Of a stretch of 64,000 nt of DNA, positions 15,001-30,000 are shown piece after piece. Origin of the DNA: Squalus acanthias (taxonomy: Eukaryota); NCBI GenBank assembly GCA_030390025.1, contig JASTWF010000034.1:5208001-5272000 (forward strand), read 5' to 3'. The notes beneath the pieces were generated by a model that was given only the letters and a program-made list of their open reading frames with translations, did no database searches and was not told the origin of the DNA. Positions within the stretch are counted from its first letter, which is position 1. Each line of letters starts with the position of its first letter. The translations under genes were made by a program, and so were the position numbers.

Positions 15001-18000
15001 ACAGTTAATTGTTAAATTGGGTATGATAACCAATACACAGGGTAAAACTGTCACAGTTAATTGTTAAATTGGGTATGATAACCAATACACAGGGTAAAAC
15101 TGTCACAGTTAATTGTTAAATTGGGTATGATAACCAATACACAGGGTAAAACTGTCACAGTTAATTGTTAAATTGGGTATGATAACCAATACACAGGGTA
15201 AAACTGTCACAGTTAATTGTTAAATTGGGTATGATAACCAATACACAGGGTAAAACTGTCACAGTTAATTGTTAAATTGGGTATGATAACCAATACACAG
15301 GGTAAAACTGTCACAGTTAATTGTTAAATTGGGTATGATAACCAATACACAGGGTAAAACTGTCACAGTTAATTGTTAAATTGGGTATGATAACCAATAC
15401 ACAGGGTAAAACTGTCACAGTTAATTGTTAAATTGGGTATGATAACCAATACACAGGGTAAAACTGTCACAGTTAATTGTTAAATTGGGTATGATAACCA
15501 ATACACAGGGTAAAACTGTCACAGTTAATTGTTAAATTGGGTATGATAACCAATACACAGGGTAAAACTGTCACAGTTAATTGTTAAATTGGGTATGATA
15601 ACCAATACACAGGGTAAAACTGTCACAGTTAATTGTTAAATTGGGTATGATAACCAATACACAGGGTAAAACTGTCACAGTTAATTGTTAAATTGGGTAT
15701 GATAACCAATACACAGGGTAAAACTGTCACAGTTAATTGTTAAATTGGGTATGATAACCAATACACAGGGTAAAACTGTCACAGTTAATTGTTAAATTGG
15801 GTATGATAACCAATACACAGGGTAAAACTGTCACAGTTAATTGTTAAATTGGGTATGATAACCAATACACAGGGTAAAACTGTCACAGTTAATTGTTAAA
15901 TTGGGTATGATAACCAATACACAGGGTAAAACTGTCACAGTTAATTGTTAAATTGGGTATGATAACCAATACACAGGGTAAAACTGTCACAGTTAATTGT
16001 TAAATTGGGTATGATAACCAATACACAGGGTAAAACTGTCACAGTTAATTGTTAAATTGGGTATGATAACCAATACACAGGGTAAAACTGTCACAGTTAA
16101 TTGTTAAATTGGGTATGATAACCAATACACAGGGTAAAACTGTCACAGTTAATTGTTAAATTGGGTATGATAACCAATACACAGGGTAAAACTGTCACAG
16201 TTAATTGTTAAATTGGGTATGATAACCAATACACAGGGTAAAACTGTCACAGTTAATTGTTAAATTGGGTATGATAACCAATACACAGGGTAAAACTGTC
16301 ACAGTTAATTGTTAAATTGGGTATGATAACCAATACACAGGGTAAAACTGTCACAGTTAATTGTTAAATTGGGTATGATAACCAATACACAGGGTAAAAC
16401 TGTCACAGTTAATTGTTAAATTGGGTATGATAACCAATACACAGGGTAAAACTGTCACAGTTAATTGTTAAATTGGGTATGATAACCAATACACAGGGTA
16501 AAACTGTCACAGTTAATTGTTAAATTGGGTATGATAACCAATACACAGGGTAAAACTGTCACAGTTAATTGTTAAATTGGGTATGATAACCAATACACAG
16601 GGTAAAACTGTCACAGTTAATTGTTAAATTGGGTATGATAACCAATACACAGGGTAAAACTGTCACAGTTAATTGTTAAATTGGGTATGATAACCAATAC
16701 ACAGGGTAAAACTGTCACAGTTAATTGTTAAATTGGGTATGATAACCAATACACAGGGTAAAACTGTCAGTTAATTGTTAAATTGGGTATGATAACCAAT
16801 ACACAGGGTAAAACTGTCACAGTTAATTGTTAAATTGGGTATGATAACCAATACACAGGGTAAAACTGTCACAGTTAATTGTTAAATTGGGTATGATAAC
16901 CAATACACAGGGTAAAACTGTCACAGTTAATTGTTAAATTGGGTATGATAACCAATACACAGGGTAAAACTGTCACAGTTAATTGTTAAATTGGGTATGA
17001 TAACCAATACACAGGGTAAAACTGTCACAGTTAATTGTTAAATTGGGTATGATAACCAATACACAGGGTAAAACTGTCACAGTTAATTGTTAAATTGGGT
17101 ATGATAACCAATACACAGGGTAAAACTGTCACAGTTAATTGTTAAATTGGGTATGATAACCAATACACAGGGTAAAACTGTCACAGTTAATTGTTAAATT
17201 GGGTATGATAACCAATACACAGGGTAAAACTGTCACAGTTAATTGTTAAATTGGGTATGATAACCAATACACAGGGTAAAACTGTCACAGTTAATTGTTA
17301 AATTGGGTATGATAACCAATACACAGGGTAAAACTGTCACAGTTAATTGTTAAATTGGGTATGATAACCAATACACAGGGTAAAACTGTCACAGTTAATT
17401 GTTAAATTGGGTATGATAACCAATACACAGGGTAAAACTGTCAGTTAATTGTTAAATTGGGTATGATAACCAATACACAGGGTAAAACTGTCACAGTTAA
17501 TTGTTAAATTGGGTATGATAACCAATACACAGGGTAAAACTGTCACAGTTAATTGTTAAATTGGGTATGATAACCAATACACAGGGTAAAACTGTCACAG
17601 TTAATTGTTAAATTGGGTATGATAACCAATACACAGGGTAAAACTGTCACAGTTAATTGTTAAATTGGGTATGATAACCAATACACAGGGTAAAACTGTC
17701 ACAGTTAATTGTTAAATTGGGTATGATAACCAATACACAGGGTAAAACTGTCAGTTAATTGTTAAATTGGGTATGATAACCAATACACAGGGTAAAACTG
17801 TCACAGTTAATTGTTAAATTGGGTATGATAACCAATACACAGGGTAAAACTGTCACAGTTAATTGTTAAATTGGGTATGATAACCAATACACAGGGTAAA
17901 ACTGTCACAGTTAATTGTTAAATTGGGTATGATAACCAATACACAGGGTAAAACTGTCACAGTTAATTGTTAAATTGGGTATGATAACCAATACACAGGG

Positions 18001-21000
18001 TAAAACTGTCACAGTTAATTGTTAAATTGGGTATGATAACCAATACACAGGGTAAAACTGTCACAGTTAATTGTTAAATTGGGTATGATAACCAATACAC
18101 AGGGTAAAACTGTCACAGTTAATTGTTAAATTGGGTATGATAACCAATACACAGGGTAAAACTGTCACAGTTAATTGTTAAATTGGGTATGATAACCAAT
18201 ACACAGGGTAAAACTGTCACAGTTAATTGTTAAATTGGGTATGATAACCAATACACAGGGTAAAACTGTCACAGTTAATTGTTAAATTGGGTATGATAAC
18301 CAATACACAGGGTAAAACTGTCACAGTTAATTGTTAAATTGGGTATGATAACCAATACACAGGGTAAAACTGTCACAGTTAATTGTTAAATTGGGTATGA
18401 TAACCAATACACAGGGTAAAACTGTCACAGTTAATTGTTAAATTGGGTATGATAACCAATACACAGGGTAAAACTGTCACAGTTAATTGTTAAATTGGGT
18501 ATGATAACCAATACACAGGGTAAAACTGTCACAGTTAATTGTTAAATTGGGTATGATAACCAATACACAGGGTAAAACTGTCACAGTTAATTGTTAAATT
18601 GGGTATGATAACCAATACACAGGGTAAAACTGTCACAGTTAATTGTTAAATTGGGTATGATAACCAATACACAGGGTAAAACTGTCACAGTTAATTGTTA
18701 AATTGGGTATGATAACCAATACACAGGGTAAAACTGTCACAGTTAATTGTTAAATTGGGTATGATAACCAATACACAGGGTAAAACTGTCACAGTTAATT
18801 GTTAAATTGGGTATGATAACCAATACACAGGGTAAAACTGTCACAGTTAATTGTTAAATTGGGTATGATAACCAATACACAGGGTAAAACTGTCACAGTT
18901 AATTGTTAAATTGGGTATGATAACCAATACACAGGGTAAAACTGTCACAGTTAATTGTTAAATTGGGTATGATAACCAATACACAGGGTAAAACTGTCAC
19001 AGTTAATTGTTAAATTGGGTATGATAACCAATACACAGGGTAAAACTGTCACAGTTAATTGTTAAATTGGGTATGATAACCAATACACAGGGTAAAACTG
19101 TCACAGTTAATTGTTAAATTGGGTATGATAACCAATACACAGGGTAAAACTGTCACAGTTAATTGTTAAATTGGGTATGATAACCAATACACAGGGTAAA
19201 ACTGTCACAGTTAATTGTTAAATTGGGTATGATAACCAATACACAGGGTAAAACTGTCACAGTTAATTGTTAAATTGGGTATGATAACCAATACACAGGG
19301 TAAAACTGTCACAGTTAATTGTTAAATTGGGTATGATAACCAATACACAGGGTAAAACTGTCACAGTTAATTGTTAAATTGGGTATGATAACCAATACAC
19401 AGGGTAAAACTGTCACAGTTAATTGTTAAATTGGGTATGATAACCAATACACAGGGTAAAACTGTCACAGTTAATTGTTAAATTGGGTATGATAACCAAT
19501 ACACAGGGTAAAACTGTCACAGTTAATTGTTAAATTGGGTATGATAACCAATACACAGGGTAAAACTGTCACAGTTAATTGTTAAATTGGGTATGATAAC
19601 CAATACACAGGGTAAAACTGTCACAGTTAATTGTTAAATTGGGTATGATAACCAATACACAGGGTAAAACTGTCACAGTTAATTGTTAAATTGGGTATGA
19701 TAACCAATACACAGGGTAAAACTGTCACAGTTAATTGTTAAATTGGGTATGATAACCAATACACAGGGTAAAACTGTCACAGTTAATTGTTAAATTGGGT
19801 ATGATAACCAATACACAGGGTAAAACTGTCACAGTTAATTGTTAAATTGGGTATGATAACCAATACACAGGGTAAAACTGTCACAGTTAATTGTTAAATT
19901 GGGTATGATAACCAATACACAGGGTAAAACTGTCACAGTTAATTGTTAAATTGGGTATGATAACCAATACACAGGGTAAAACTGTCACAGTTAATTGTTA
20001 AATTGGGTATGATAACCAATACACAGGGTAAAACTGTCACAGTTAATTGTTAAATTGGGTATGATAACCAATACACAGGGTAAAACTGTCACAGTTAATT
20101 GTTAAATTGGGTATGATAACCAATACACAGGGTAAAACTGTCACAGTTAATTGTTAAATTGGGTATGATAACCAATACACAGGGTAAAACTGTCACAGTT
20201 AATTGTTAAATTGGGTATGATAACCAATACACAGGGTAAAACTGTCACAGTTAATTGTTAAATTGGGTATGATAACCAATACACAGGGTAAAACTGTCAC
20301 AGTTAATTGTTAAATTGGGTATGATAACCAATACACAGGGTAAAACTGTCACAGTTAATTGTTAAATTGGGTATGATAACCAATACACAGGGTAAAACTG
20401 TCACAGTTAATTGTTAAATTGGGTATGATAACCAATACACAGGGTAAAACTGTCACAGTTAATTGTTAAATTGGGTATGATAACCAATACACAGGGTAAA
20501 ACTGTCAGTTAATTGTTAAATTGGGTATGATAACCAATACACAGGGTAAAACTGTCACAGTTAATTGTTAAATTGGGTATGATAACCAATACACAGGGTA
20601 AAACTGTCACAGTTAATTGTTAAATTGGGTATGATAACCAATACACAGGGTAAAACTGTCACAGTTAATTGTTAAATTGGGTATGATAACCAATACACAG
20701 GGTAAAACTGTCACAGTTAATTGTTAAATTGGGTATGATAACCAATACACAGGGTAAAACTGTCACAGTTAATTGTTAAATTGGGTATGATAACCAATAC
20801 ACAGGGTAAAACTGTCACAGTTAATTGTTAAATTGGGTATGATAACCAATACACAGGGTAAAACTGTCACAGTTAATTGTTAAATTGGGTATGATAACCA
20901 ATACACAGGGTAAAACTGTCACAGTTAATTGTTAAATTGGGTATGATAACCAATACACAGGGTAAAACTGTCACAGTTAATTGTTAAATTGGGTATGATA

Positions 21001-24000
21001 ACCAATACACAGGGTAAAACTGTCACAGTTAATTGTTAAATTGGGTATGATAACCAATACACAGGGTAAAACTGTCACAGTTAATTGTTAAATTGGGTAT
21101 GATAACCAATACACAGGGTAAAACTGTCACAGTTAATTGTTAAATTGGGTATGATAACCAATACACAGGGTAAAACTGTCACAGTTAATTGTTAAATTGG
21201 GTATGATAACCAATACACAGGGTAAAACTGTCACAGTTAATTGTTAAATTGGGTATGATAACCAATACACAGGGTAAAACTGTCACAGTTAATTGTTAAA
21301 TTGGGTATGATAACCAATACACAGGGTAAAACTGTCACAGTTAATTGTTAAATTGGGTATGATAACCAATACACAGGGTAAAACTGTCACAGTTAATTGT
21401 TAAATTGGGTATGATAACCAATACACAGGGTAAAACTGTCACAGTTAATTGTTAAATTGGGTATGATAACCAATACACAGGGTAAAACTGTCACAGTTAA
21501 TTGTTAAATTGGGTATGATAACCAATACACAGGGTAAAACTGTCACAGTTAATTGTTAAATTGGGTATGATAACCAATACACAGGGTAAAACTGTCACAG
21601 TTAATTGTTAAATTGGGTATGATAACCAATACACAGGGTAAAACTGTCACAGTTAATTGTTAAATTGGGTATGATAACCAATACACAGGGTAAAACTGTC
21701 ACAGTTAATTGTTAAATTGGGTATGATAACCAATACACAGGGTAAAACTGTCACAGTTAATTGTTAAATTGGGTATGATAACCAATACACAGGGTAAAAC
21801 TGTCACAGTTAATTGTTAAATTGGGTATGATAACCAATACACAGGGTAAAACTGTCACAGTTAATTGTTAAATTGGGTATGATAACCAATACACAGGGTA
21901 AAACTGTCACAGTTAATTGTTAAATTGGGTATGATAACCAATACACAGGGTAAAACTGTCACAGTTAATTGTTAAATTGGGTATGATAACCAATACACAG
22001 GGTAAAACTGTCACAGTTAATTGTTAAATTGGGTATGATAACCAATACACAGGGTAAAACTGTCACAGTTAATTGTTAAATTGGGTATGATAACCAATAC
22101 ACAGGGTAAAACTGTCACAGTTAATTGTTAAATTGGGTATGATAACCAATACACAGGGTAAAACTGTCACAGTTAATTGTTAAATTGGGTATGATAACCA
22201 ATACACAGGGTAAAACTGTCACAGTTAATTGTTAAATTGGGTATGATAACCAATACACAGGGTAAAACTGTCACAGTTAATTGTTAAATTGGGTATGATA
22301 ACCAATACACAGGGTAAAACTGTCACAGTTAATTGTTAAATTGGGTATGATAACCAATACACAGGGTAAAACTGTCACAGTTAATTGTTAAATTGGGTAT
22401 GATAACCAATACACAGGGTAAAACTGTCACAGTTAATTGTTAAATTGGGTATGATAACCAATACACAGGGTAAAACTGTCACAGTTAATTGTTAAATTGG
22501 GTATGATAACCAATACACAGGGTAAAACTGTCACAGTTAATTGTTAAATTGGGTATGATAACCAATACACAGGGTAAAACTGTCACAGTTAATTGTTAAA
22601 TTGGGTATGATAACCAATACACAGGGTAAAACTGTCACAGTTAATTGTTAAATTGGGTATGATAACCAATACACAGGGTAAAACTGTCACAGTTAATTGT
22701 TAAATTGGGTATGATAACCAATACACAGGGTAAAACTGTCACAGTTAATTGTTAAATTGGGTATGATAACCAATACACAGGGTAAAACTGTCACAGTTAA
22801 TTGTTAAATTGGGTATGATAACCAATACACAGGGTAAAACTGTCACAGTTAATTGTTAAATTGGGTATGATAACCAATACACAGGGTAAAACTGTCACAG
22901 TTAATTGTTAAATTGGGTATGATAACCAATACACAGGGTAAAACTGTCACAGTTAATTGTTAAATTGGGTATGATAACCAATACACAGGGTAAAACTGTC
23001 ACAGTTAATTGTTAAATTGGGTATGATAACCAATACACAGGGTAAAACTGTCACAGTTAATTGTTAAATTGGGTATGATAACCAATACACAGGGTAAAAC
23101 TGTCACAGTTAATTGTTAAATTGGGTATGATAACCAATACACAGGGTAAAACTGTCACAGTTAATTGTTAAATTGGGTATGATAACCAATACACAGGGTA
23201 AAACTGTCACAGTTAATTGTTAAATTGGGTATGATAACCAATACACAGGGTAAAACTGTCACAGTTAATTGTTAAATTGGGTATGATAACCAATACACAG
23301 GGTAAAACTGTCACAGTTAATTGTTAAATTGGGTATGATAACCAATACACAGGGTAAAACTGTCACAGTTAATTGTTAAATTGGGTATGATAACCAATAC
23401 ACAGGGTAAAACTGTCACAGTTAATTGTTAAATTGGGTATGATAACCAATACACAGGGTAAAACTGTCACAGTTAATTGTTAAATTGGGTATGATAACCA
23501 ATACACAGGGTAAAACTGTCACAGTTAATTGTTAAATTGGGTATGATAACCAATACACAGGGTAAAACTGTCACAGTTAATTGTTAAATTGGGTATGATA
23601 ACCAATACACAGGGTAAAACTGTCACAGTTAATTGTTAAATTGGGTATGATAACCAATACACAGGGTAAAACTGTCACAGTTAATTGTTAAATTGGGTAT
23701 GATAACCAATACACAGGGTAAAACTGTCACAGTTAATTGTTAAATTGGGTATGATAACCAATACACAGGGTAAAACTGTCACAGTTAATTGTTAAATTGG
23801 GTATGATAACCAATACACAGGGTAAAACTGTCACAGTTAATTGTTAAATTGGGTATGATAACCAATACACAGGGTAAAACTGTCACAGTTAATTGTTAAA
23901 TTGGGTATGATAACCAATACACAGGGTAAAACTGTCACAGTTAATTGTTAAATTGGGTATGATAACCAATACACAGGGTAAAACTGTCACAGTTAATTGT

Positions 24001-27000
24001 TAAATTGGGTATGATAACCAATACACAGGGTAAAACTGTCACAGTTAATTGTTAAATTGGGTATGATAACCAATACACAGGGTAAAACTGTCACAGTTAA
24101 TTGTTAAATTGGGTATGATAACCAATACACAGGGTAAAACTGTCACAGTTAATTGTTAAATTGGGTATGATAACCAATACACAGGGTAAAACTGTCACAG
24201 TTAATTGTTAAATTGGGTATGATAACCAATACACAGGGTAAAACTGTCACAGTTAATTGTTAAATTGGGTATGATAACCAATACACAGGGTAAAACTGTC
24301 ACAGTTAATTGTTAAATTGGGTATGATAACCAATACACAGGGTAAAACTGTCACAGTTAATTGTTAAATTGGGTATGATAACCAATACACAGGGTAAAAC
24401 TGTCACAGTTAATTGTTAAATTGGGTATGATAACCAATACACAGGGTAAAACTGTCACAGTTAATTGTTAAATTGGGTATGATAACCAATACACAGGGTA
24501 AAACTGTCACAGTTAATTGTTAAATTGGGTATGATAACCAATACACAGGGTAAAACTGTCACAGTTAATTGTTAAATTGGGTATGATAACCAATACACAG
24601 GGTAAAACTGTCACAGTTAATTGTTAAATTGGGTATGATAACCAATACACAGGGTAAAACTGTCACAGTTAATTGTTAAATTGGGTATGATAACCAATAC
24701 ACAGGGTAAAACTGTCACAGTTAATTGTTAAATTGGGTATGATAACCAATACACAGGGTAAAACTGTCACAGTTAATTGTTAAATTGGGTATGATAACCA
24801 ATACACAGGGTAAAACTGTCACAGTTAATTGTTAAATTGGGTATGATAACCAATACACAGGGTAAAACTGTCACAGTTAATTGTTAAATTGGGTATGATA
24901 ACCAATACACAGGGTAAAACTGTCACAGTTAATTGTTAAATTGGGTATGATAACCAATACACAGGGTAAAACTGTCACAGTTAATTGTTAAATTGGGTAT
25001 GATAACCAATACACAGGGTAAAACTGTCACAGTTAATTGTTAAATTGGGTATGATAACCAATACACAGGGTAAAACTGTCACAGTTAATTGTTAAATTGG
25101 GTATGATAACCAATACACAGGGTAAAACTGTCACAGTTAATTGTTAAATTGGGTATGATAACCAATACACAGGGTAAAACTGTCACAGTTAATTGTTAAA
25201 TTGGGTATGATAACCAATACACAGGGTAAAACTGTCACAGTTAATTGTTAAATTGGGTATGATAACCAATACACAGGGTAAAACTGTCACAGTTAATTGT
25301 TAAATTGGGTATGATAACCAATACACAGGGTAAAACTGTCACAGTTAATTGTTAAATTGGGTATGATAACCAATACACAGGGTAAAACTGTCACAGTTAA
25401 TTGTTAAATTGGGTATGATAACCAATACACAGGGTAAAACTGTCACAGTTAATTGTTAAATTGGGTATGATAACCAATACACAGGGTAAAACTGTCACAG
25501 TTAATTGTTAAATTGGGTATGATAACCAATACACAGGGTAAAACTGTCACAGTTAATTGTTAAATTGGGTATGATAACCAATACACAGGGTAAAACTGTC
25601 ACAGTTAATTGTTAAATTGGGTATGATAACCAATACACAGGGTAAAACTGTCACAGTTAATTGTTAAATTGGGTATGATAACCAATACACAGGGTAAAAC
25701 TGTCACAGTTAATTGTTAAATTGGGTATGATAACCAATACACAGGGTAAAACTGTCACAGTTAATTGTTAAATTGGGTATGATAACCAATACACAGGGTA
25801 AAACTGTCACAGTTAATTGTTAAATTGGGTATGATAACCAATACACAGGGTAAAACTGTCACAGTTAATTGTTAAATTGGGTATGATAACCAATACACAG
25901 GGTAAAACTGTCACAGTTAATTGTTAAATTGGGTATGATAACCAATACACAGGGTAAAACTGTCACAGTTAATTGTTAAATTGGGTATGATAACCAATAC
26001 ACAGGGTAAAACTGTCACAGTTAATTGTTAAATTGGGTATGATAACCAATACACAGGGTAAAACTGTCACAGTTAATTGTTAAATTGGGTATGATAACCA
26101 ATACACAGGGTAAAACTGTCACAGTTAATTGTTAAATTGGGTATGATAACCAATACACAGGGTAAAACTGTCACAGTTAATTGTTAAATTGGGTATGATA
26201 ACCAATACACAGGGTAAAACTGTCACAGTTAATTGTTAAATTGGGTATGATAACCAATACACAGGGTAAAACTGTCACAGTTAATTGTTAAATTGGGTAT
26301 GATAACCAATACACAGGGTAAAACTGTCACAGTTAATTGTTAAATTGGGTATGATAACCAATACACAGGGTAAAACTGTCACAGTTAATTGTTAAATTGG
26401 GTATGATAACCAATACACAGGGTAAAACTGTCACAGTTAATTGTTAAATTGGGTATGATAACCAATACACAGGGTAAAACTGTCACAGTTAATTGTTAAA
26501 TTGGGTATGATAACCAATACACAGGGTAAAACTGTCACAGTTAATTGTTAAATTGGGTATGATAACCAATACACAGGGTAAAACTGTCACAGTTAATTGT
26601 TAAATTGGGTATGATAACCAATACACAGGGTAAAACTGTCACAGTTAATTGTTAAATTGGGTATGATAACCAATACACAGGGTAAAACTGTCACAGTTAA
26701 TTGTTAAATTGGGTATGATAACCAATACACAGGGTAAAACTGTCACAGTTAATTGTTAAATTGGGTATGATAACCAATACACAGGGTAAAACTGTCACAG
26801 TTAATTGTTAAATTGGGTATGATAACCAATACACAGGGTAAAACTGTCACAGTTAATTGTTAAATTGGGTATGATAACCAATACACAGGGTAAAACTGTC
26901 ACAGTTAATTGTTAAATTGGGTATGATAACCAATACACAGGGTAAAACTGTCACAGTTAATTGTTAAATTGGGTATGATAACCAATACACAGGGTAAAAC

Positions 27001-30000
27001 TGTCACAGTTAATTGTTAAATTGGGTATGATAACCAATACACAGGGTAAAACTGTCACAGTTAATTGTTAAATTGGGTATGATAACCAATACACAGGGTA
27101 AAACTGTCACAGTTAATTGTTAAATTGGGTATGATAACCAATACACAGGGTAAAACTGTCACAGTTAATTGTTAAATTGGGTATGATAACCAATACACAG
27201 GGTAAAACTGTCACAGTTAATTGTTAAATTGGGTATGATAACCAATACACAGGGTAAAACTGTCACAGTTAATTGTTAAATTGGGTATGATAACCAATAC
27301 ACAGGGTAAAACTGTCACAGTTAATTGTTAAATTGGGTATGATAACCAATACACAGGGTAAAACTGTCACAGTTAATTGTTAAATTGGGTATGATAACCA
27401 ATACACAGGGTAAAACTGTCACAGTTAATTGTTAAATTGGGTATGATAACCAATACACAGGGTAAAACTGTCACAGTTAATTGTTAAATTGGGTATGATA
27501 ACCAATACACAGGGTAAAACTGTCACAGTTAATTGTTAAATTGGGTATGATAACCAATACACAGGGTAAAACTGTCACAGTTAATTGTTAAATTGGGTAT
27601 GATAACCAATACACAGGGTAAAACTGTCACAGTTAATTGTTAAATTGGGTATGATAACCAATACACAGGGTAAAACTGTCACAGTTAATTGTTAAATTGG
27701 GTATGATAACCAATACACAGGGTAAAACTGTCACAGTTAATTGTTAAATTGGGTATGATAACCAATACACAGGGTAAAACTGTCACAGTTAATTGTTAAA
27801 TTGGGTATGATAACCAATACACAGGGTAAAACTGTCACAGTTAATTGTTAAATTGGGTATGATAACCAATACACAGGGTAAAACTGTCACAGTTAATTGT
27901 TAAATTGGGTATGATAACCAATACACAGGGTAAAACTGTCACAGTTAATTGTTAAATTGGGTATGATAACCAATACACAGGGTAAAACTGTCACAGTTAA
28001 TTGTTAAATTGGGTATGATAACCAATACACAGGGTAAAACTGTCACAGTTAATTGTTAAATTGGGTATGATAACCAATACACAGGGTAAAACTGTCACAG
28101 TTAATTGTTAAATTGGGTATGATAACCAATACACAGGGTAAAACTGTCACAGTTAATTGTTAAATTGGGTATGATAACCAATACACAGGGTAAAACTGTC
28201 ACAGTTAATTGTTAAATTGGGTATGATAACCAATACACAGGGTAAAACTGTCACAGTTAATTGTTAAATTGGGTATGATAACCAATACACAGGGTAAAAC
28301 TGTCACAGTTAATTGTTAAATTGGGTATGATAACCAATACACAGGGTAAAACTGTCACAGTTAATTGTTAAATTGGGTATGATAACCAATACACAGGGTA
28401 AAACTGTCACAGTTAATTGTTAAATTGGGTATGATAACCAATACACAGGGTAAAACTGTCACAGTTAATTGTTAAATTGGGTATGATAACCAATACACAG
28501 GGTAAAACTGTCACAGTTAATTGTTAAATTGGGTATGATAACCAATACACAGGGTAAAACTGTCACAGTTAATTGTTAAATTGGGTATGATAACCAATAC
28601 ACAGGGTAAAACTGTCACAGTTAATTGTTAAATTGGGTATGATAACCAATACACAGGGTAAAACTGTCACAGTTAATTGTTAAATTGGGTATGATAACCA
28701 ATACACAGGGTAAAACTGTCACAGTTAATTGTTAAATTGGGTATGATAACCAATACACAGGGTAAAACTGTCACAGTTAATTGTTAAATTGGGTATGATA
28801 ACCAATACACAGGGTAAAACTGTCACAGTTAATTGTTAAATTGGGTATGATAACCAATACACAGGGTAAAACTGTCACAGTTAATTGTTAAATTGGGTAT
28901 GATAACCAATACACAGGGTAAAACTGTCACAGTTAATTGTTAAATTGGGTATGATAACCAATACACAGGGTAAAACTGTCACAGTTAATTGTTAAATTGG
29001 GTATGATAACCAATACACAGGGTAAAACTGTCACAGTTAATTGTTAAATTGGGTATGATAACCAATACACAGGGTAAAACTGTCACAGTTAATTGTTAAA
29101 TTGGGTATGATAACCAATACACAGGGTAAAACTGTCACAGTTAATTGTTAAATTGGGTATGATAACCAATACACAGGGTAAAACTGTCACAGTTAATTGT
29201 TAAATTGGGTATGATAACCAATACACAGGGTAAAACTGTCACAGTTAATTGTTAAATTGGGTATGATAACCAATACACAGGGTAAAACTGTCACAGTTAA
29301 TTGTTAAATTGGGTATGATAACCAATACACAGGGTAAAACTGTCACAGTTAATTGTTAAATTGGGTATGATAACCAATACACAGGGTAAAACTGTCACAG
29401 TTAATTGTTAAATTGGGTATGATAACCAATACACAGGGTAAAACTGTCACAGTTAATTGTTAAATTGGGTATGATAACCAATACACAGGGTAAAACTGTC
29501 ACAGTTAATTGTTAAATTGGGTATGATAACCAATACACAGGGTAAAACTGTCACAGTTAATTGTTAAATTGGGTATGATAACCAATACACAGGGTAAAAC
29601 TGTCACAGTTAATTGTTAAATTGGGTATGATAACCAATACACAGGGTAAAACTGTCACAGTTAATTGTTAAATTGGGTATGATAACCAATACACAGGGTA
29701 AAACTGTCACAGTTAATTGTTAAATTGGGTATGATAACCAATACACAGGGTAAAACTGTCACAGTTAATTGTTAAATTGGGTATGATAACCAATACACAG
29801 GGTAAAACTGTCACAGTTAATTGTTAAATTGGGTATGATAACCAATACACAGGGTAAAACTGTCACAGTTAATTGTTAAATTGGGTATGATAACCAATAC
29901 ACAGGGTAAAACTGTCACAGTTAATTGTTAAATTGGGTATGATAACCAATACACAGGGTAAAACTGTCACAGTTAATTGTTAAATTGGGTATGATAACCA

